A stretch of DNA of 64,000 nucleotides from an uncultured bacterium. Lineage in GTDB: Bacteria; Electryoneota; Electryoneia; Electryoneales; Electryoneaceae. Positions 60,471 to 64,000 of the stretch are shown here, piece by piece (the first letter of the stretch is position 1; the number at the start of each line of letters is the position of its first letter). Made by a program: the position numbers and the translations under genes. Location: the NCBI GenBank assembly GCA_964552465.1, contig CAZKGR010000019.1:1619-65618 (forward strand). Reading direction: 5' to 3'. A model generated the notes under the pieces. The model saw only the letters and a list, made by a program, of their open reading frames with translations, was not told where the DNA came from and did not search any database.

Positions 60471-62404
60471 TGATCGGATTGACACGTTTCCGGAAACGGT
60501 CCGAGTCAAAGAAGAAGCATAGACGTAAGCGTCGCAGTCGCTCGCGTGTCACGCAACAGCAGACACCTGCGCTTATCGTCGATATTCAACAACCGGAAGT
60601 GAAAGTAATCTGGTCGCTTCTCGGCCTGATCCTGACAACCGGTCAGACGATCCTCTGTTTTTCATATCCAAGGGGTCCGGAACCATGGTTCGGGATCGGG
60701 ATCGCAGCGCTACTTGTATTGATTGGAGTAGTTACCAACAGCCTTCCGACACCACGACCGCACCCGGCTTTTCTGCCCGGGATACTGATTGTCCTCGCAA
60801 TGCCAATATTGCGCATCATCACCGGGGCAGAATTCCTGAAAGCTTTCTCTGAACCCTTTATTTATGCGATAACACTCATCTGGATGTTTGCGTGGTTTGT
60901 TCGTGGACGTTGGGCAGTTGGTGTGTCAGCCCTGATGTTAATACTGTTAATTGAGTACTTCCTCTCCGTTCATCTACCCGGAGGTTCGTGGGATACAACC
61001 CCGCTGTTGAGCCATACTGAGGGAATTATTTCGCTGCTGTGGCAAGGTGGGCTGAAGTATCGTCTGCTGCTACTGCTGGTACTGGTTTGTTTGATTGCAT
61101 TAGTATCGCGAGCTAGACGGGAACGGGGACGTTGGGCAAAGCAACGTTTCCTGCGCTTCATGATGAACTCGTCTCTGTCCCTCGGAATCCTCGGGCTGGC
61201 CGCAGCTACGGTCTTTCCGAGATATGTACCGGTTGATGCGATATCACTGCTCGGGTTTAGCTTTGGCGTGTCCATCGCAGCACGACAGCGGCTGATTTCG
61301 GAAGATCCAACCCGTCACCCCGCAAGCCAGCTAACGCCAATCCGGGGCTATATCGAAGAAATTGTCATCGGATTGGAAACGATACTCCGCTCGATTACCG
61401 GCGGCGGTTCCCTGAGCACTGGAACGCCGGATGACCGTCGTAGTCGGCTGATCGATTCGAACAGCGAAATAATCTATAACCCATACGGCAACAAAAATCC
61501 AAACTGGGTTCCGGTTGTGTTGCACGCGCACACGAACCGCTGGGAAGGTAAATTCAAGCCAGAAGTTGTGGTGGATCATTTCACACGGTTGGGCGCGAAA
61601 TCGGTCATCCTGACCGACCACAATCGTATCACCAAAACGAAGAATCCATATCAGAACATTGATGCGTACGAACAAGGCTGGGGTTCGCACAACAACCATG
61701 TTCTGGTGGTGGGCGCACACAAGCGAATTCCAGACTCACACATGTTCGGCGGAAGCGTTCGGGACCGGAGCAAGAACCTGAAACGGTTGCGCGGCGTGAG
61801 TGAGTTTACCGTATTAGCGCATCCACGGAACAAAGGGGCGTGGTCATCGGACGACGTGGTCCGCCACGATTATGACGCGCTGGAAATCTTCAACAAATCC
61901 ATCGACAGCTATCGCCGTTGGGATGAAGCACTAAGCTCTGGATTGCTAGTCTGGGCAACCGCTGGCGACGACTGTCATGATATCCGGAGTCGGCACCAGA
62001 CAGGAAAGCGATTCCTGCTGGTTGATCTTGGTGATATGGCTCCTCATCCAGGCGAACCCGCAGACAGCCAGCTCGTTCTCGAAGCGCTGAAGGCCGGACG
62101 GTTCATCTCAGTGCGCCACATGAGCCGAAATGTCACCCGTGAAATACCGCATCCAAACCTGCCGGTTGTGGAAGAATTCAGTTTTGACGGAAGTTCTCTG
62201 CGGATCAAGTTCAACAAACGGATTGATACGATCAAAGTTTACGGTCCCTTCCGGACCAAAAAAGCGACCTACACACGCGAAGAAGAGGTGGTAGTCGGAC
62301 CACGTGAGAACGAAGGGTTTGTTCGGATCGTTGCCGAACACGGACCGTTCCTGATCGTGTTCAATCCGATTGCACGCGTCAGCGGACTGGAATACGGAGT
62401 GTGA
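60470..62404 (+). CDS. Polytopic membrane protein with C-terminal PHP-like metal-dependent phosphoesterase domain
   Basis: Six or more TM helices in the N-terminal 300 aa. The C-terminal domain has VVLHAHTNRWEGK...VILTDHN...VLAHP...TAGDDCHD (PHP-type His/Asp ligands). The ATG overlaps the GT9 stop (TAATG). Confidence 0.6.
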   Translation: MIGLTRFRKRSESKKKHRRKRRSRSRVTQQQTPALIVDIQQPEVKVIWSLLGLILTTGQTILCFSYPRGPEPWFGIGIAALLVLIGVVTNSLPTPRPHPAFLPGILIVLAMPILRIITGAEFLKAFSEPFIYAITLIWMFAWFVRGRWAVGVSALMLILLIEYFLSVHLPGGSWDTTPLLSHTEGIISLLWQGGLKYRLLLLLVLVCLIALVSRARRERGRWAKQRFLRFMMNSSLSLGILGLAAATVFPRYVPVDAISLLGFSFGVSIAARQRLISEDPTRHPASQLTPIRGYIEEIVIGLETILRSITGGGSLSTGTPDDRRSRLIDSNSEIIYNPYGNKNPNWVPVVLHAHTNRWEGKFKPEVVVDHFTRLGAKSVILTDHNRITKTKNPYQNIDAYEQGWGSHNNHVLVVGAHKRIPDSHMFGGSVRDRSKNLKRLRGVSEFTVLAHPRNKGAWSSDDVVRHDYDALEIFNKSIDSYRRWDEALSSGLLVWATAGDDCHDIRSRHQTGKRFLLVDLGDMAPHPGEPADSQLVLEALKAGRFISVRHMSRNVTREIPHPNLPVVEEFSFDGSSLRIKFNKRIDTIKVYGPFRTKKATYTREEEVVVGPRENEGFVRIVAEHGPFLIVFNPIARVSGLEYGV

Positions 62405-62485
62405 TTAAAAGCAGGTATGAGCTGTGAGGCGTGAGGTCTGAGGAAAAGACAGGAACAGACAGTAAGAGAAAGTCAAAACAATTCT

Positions 62486-62515
62486 GCCACGGACTTCAGT
62501 CCGTGGCATTTCTCT
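62486..62515 (+). terminator. Rho-independent terminator
   Basis: gccacggactTCAgtccgtggc followed by ATTTCTCT. Confidence 0.65.
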
Positions 62516-62545
62516 GTGCCGAAATTGGAAATCAGGAAAAGAGAA

Positions 62546-62578
62546 AACGCCTGGTGGCTCAGACCAGGCGTTTTCCGG
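62546..62578. terminator. Bidirectional terminator hairpin
   Basis: aacgcctggtGGCTCAGaccaggcgtt has U-tracts on both strands. It lies just downstream of the minus-strand small peptide gene. Confidence 0.5.
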
Positions 62579-62605
62579 GGAAATTGGAGGCAATCGTAAA
62601 ACGAT

Positions 62606-62743
62606 TCAGCCAACAAATGTTTCGTTAGGGATTACTACATCTGAGCGATTTCCACCGCTCTGCCTTGCGAAGAACACACCAATAAAAATTGCCGCACCAA
62701 CCAAGCCAATCGCCAAGACTGCATACGCTAACAAGTTTTCCAT
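62606..62743 (-). CDS. Small hydrophobic peptide, 45 aa (paralog 3 of 3)
   Basis: MENLLAYAVLAIGLVGAAIFIGVFFARQSGGNRSDVVIPNETFVG. An AGGAGG SD sits 5 nt upstream of the ATG. The upstream part of the 77-aa track ORF is probably not translated. Confidence 0.45.
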   Translation of the reverse strand: MENLLAYAVLAIGLVGAAIFIGVFFARQSGGNRSDVVIPNETFVG

Positions 62744-63226
62744 CTCATCCTCCTCGCCCCGCGGGGCTGGTTCTGTTTTTTCTACCCTCGCGGGATATGG
62801 TACGCTGGGCGCGCCACCCAATGCTGTGTTCCTCGTCACGGCGTGACGTGTATCACACTGTTATTACTGCAGGTTAGCTAAAAGGTCAGCCAAAACCCGC
62901 ACCGTTGTTTGTTCGCACAAAAACAAACTGGGAGAGCCCGTAACCCCATTTCTGACCGGGATCACAACGATCTCGCACACGCTTGTCAAACTTGATGCGG
63001 ACAATAAAACCGAGAAAGATAAATTTTTCTCCGAAAATACGAGGAAGGCCCGAGGCGTAACTCTCTAAAAAACTAAATACTCAGATTTCTAGCTGAAATT
63101 CCGAGATAATGGTTAGGGAATGACGGCGTTTTTACCAGAGATTGTGGGTGTGACGCACCTCACTGGCAAAAACGGATCGGGCCAGGAAAGGTTAGGTTGC
63201 AGGTTGTTGCGAGTTACGAAAGAGGA

Positions 63227-64000
63227 TTACGGCCCCATCTTATCGAAGTCGAAGGACTGCTCTGCAACGGGCTGATTCTGGTAGAACAGCTTGCCGATAA
63301 ATCTGTAATCGCCCGGCGGGGCATTGGCAGGCACATCCAGCGTCAGATCCTGGAAGGCCATGCTCTGAAATGGTGCCAAGGTGAAGTTGTAGTTGATGAC
63401 TGGGCCAAGCATCCAAATCTCAGGGCCGATAATCCACACCCGATACCACACACCAGCGAAGTTGTATCCCAGTTCATTGAATAGTTGTGCGTCGTAGTAT
63501 ACAGTTCCTCCGGTTGCAGGAAGAACCGTGTTGTGTCCCGTCAGGACGTAAGTAACCGGTTGCCAGTTCGTGGTATCCGGGACTGATACGATGGATTCGC
63601 CTTCAGGTTCATAATAAGCAGTGACACGGTAGATATACTCGCCGTATGCTTGTAGCTGGTCGATGAAATACGTCGTGTCGGAGGACCCGATGAACTCGCC
63701 GTCTCGATAGATCCGATACTCGACGAACTCGTCCAGTTCGTCAATTGTGGCCCGGCTTGATGTAGTTTCAAGCCGGGTTTCCTGGTTTTGACGGGTTGTG
63801 AAATCCGGGTCTGAAGACCCGGGCCACCCAGCAACGTCACGATACCGTGTGTTCCTCGTCTCGACGAACTGTTCCGATCCCACAAACGGGGGAGGATTGT
63901 CAGTAGGTTGCCCGGTTTCATCCAGCTGAACTTCAACTCGTTCGCCGTGCTGTGGTTCAACATCACGCGGCATCAGTAAAGCGTTGTTGCTACAATTAAT
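63227..64000 (-). CDS. Hypothetical protein, C-terminal part (ORF runs off the window end)
   Basis: Open frame with no stop between 63973 and 64000. Beta-rich, no motif. Confidence 0.5.
   Translation of the reverse strand: MNCSNNALLMPRDVEPQHGERVEVQLDETGQPTDNPPPFVGSEQFVETRNTRYRDVAGWPGSSDPDFTTRQNQETRLETTSSRATIDELDEFVEYRIYRDGEFIGSSDTTYFIDQLQAYGEYIYRVTAYYEPEGESIVSVPDTTNWQPVTYVLTGHNTVLPATGGTVYYDAQLFNELGYNFAGVWYRVWIIGPEIWMLGPVINYNFTLAPFQSMAFQDLTLDVPANAPPGDYRFIGKLFYQNQPVAEQSFDFDKMGP

Noticed and set aside
62606-62839. Full 77-aa ORF as the coding unit of the third small peptide
   Set aside because: The paralog alignment and the AGGAGG SD place the start at the internal Met (62743). The upstream 32 codons are Pro/Arg/Glu-rich and not shared with the other copies.
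1-64000. tRNA, rRNA, transposase, integrase, phage or defence-system genes
   Set aside because: I looked for T-loop-like GGTTCGAATCC-type sequences, DDE/tyrosine-recombinase motifs and nuclease/ATPase pairs. None were found by eye. Absence is not proven without tRNAscan or HMM searches.

Overview
This 64-kb window (about 55% GC) is a bacterial chromosomal segment. The organism is probably from the Bacteroidota/FCB group, because at least six proteins end in a type IX secretion (T9SS) C-terminal sorting domain (CTD; ~80 aa ending ...G.YF.......T.K..V.K). Gene density is high, and strands switch in blocks.

Housekeeping genes I recognise:
- Nucleotide-sugar biosynthesis gene rmlA
- RNase R
- A yajC-def-fmt-rsmB-PASTA-rpe operon with ATGA start/stop overlaps
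- apbC/mrp with a DUF59 Fe-S gene
- Long-chain acyl-CoA ligase
- MFS transporter
- M29 aminopeptidase
- M48 lipoprotein peptidase
- Formiminotransferase-cyclodeaminase
- Cysteine-desulfurase-like class V aminotransferase
- Two tandem cold-shock genes

Accessory and unusual content:
1. Two tandem paralogous regulators with a pseudo-receiver, a PAS domain and a SARP/OmpR-type winged helix with a BTAD-like tail. They flank a PAS + HisKA-only protein that has no ATPase domain. A second receiver + HisKA-only protein sits next to an HD-GYP phosphodiesterase.
2. A co-directional five-gene block of secreted proteins. It includes four tandem paralogs of an uncharacterised family that alternate between lacking and carrying a T9SS CTD.
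3. A 1050-aa T9SS-secreted HExxH metalloprotease.
4. Two paralogous right-handed beta-helix proteins separated by an array of about five tandem 110-140-bp palindromic (hairpin-forming) repeat units. The array resembles a BIME (bacterial interspersed mosaic element)-type repeat or a structured RNA.
5. Three paralogous small hydrophobic peptides (31-52 aa), each with a strong Shine-Dalgarno (SD) sequence. Two lie in a 1-kb non-coding island.
6. Recurrent GACAT-NN-ATGTC palindromes in intergenic regions.
7. A sugar-modification module: a DegT aminotransferase fused to a GT-B-like domain, a sulfotransferase and a tandem-GNAT acetyltransferase.
8. Short GAG-rich post-stop motifs shared between unrelated gene ends.

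I saw no rRNA, tRNA, CRISPR array, transposase or integrase. All calls rest on motif recognition by eye in the supplied translations and nucleotide sequence. I ran no database searches.
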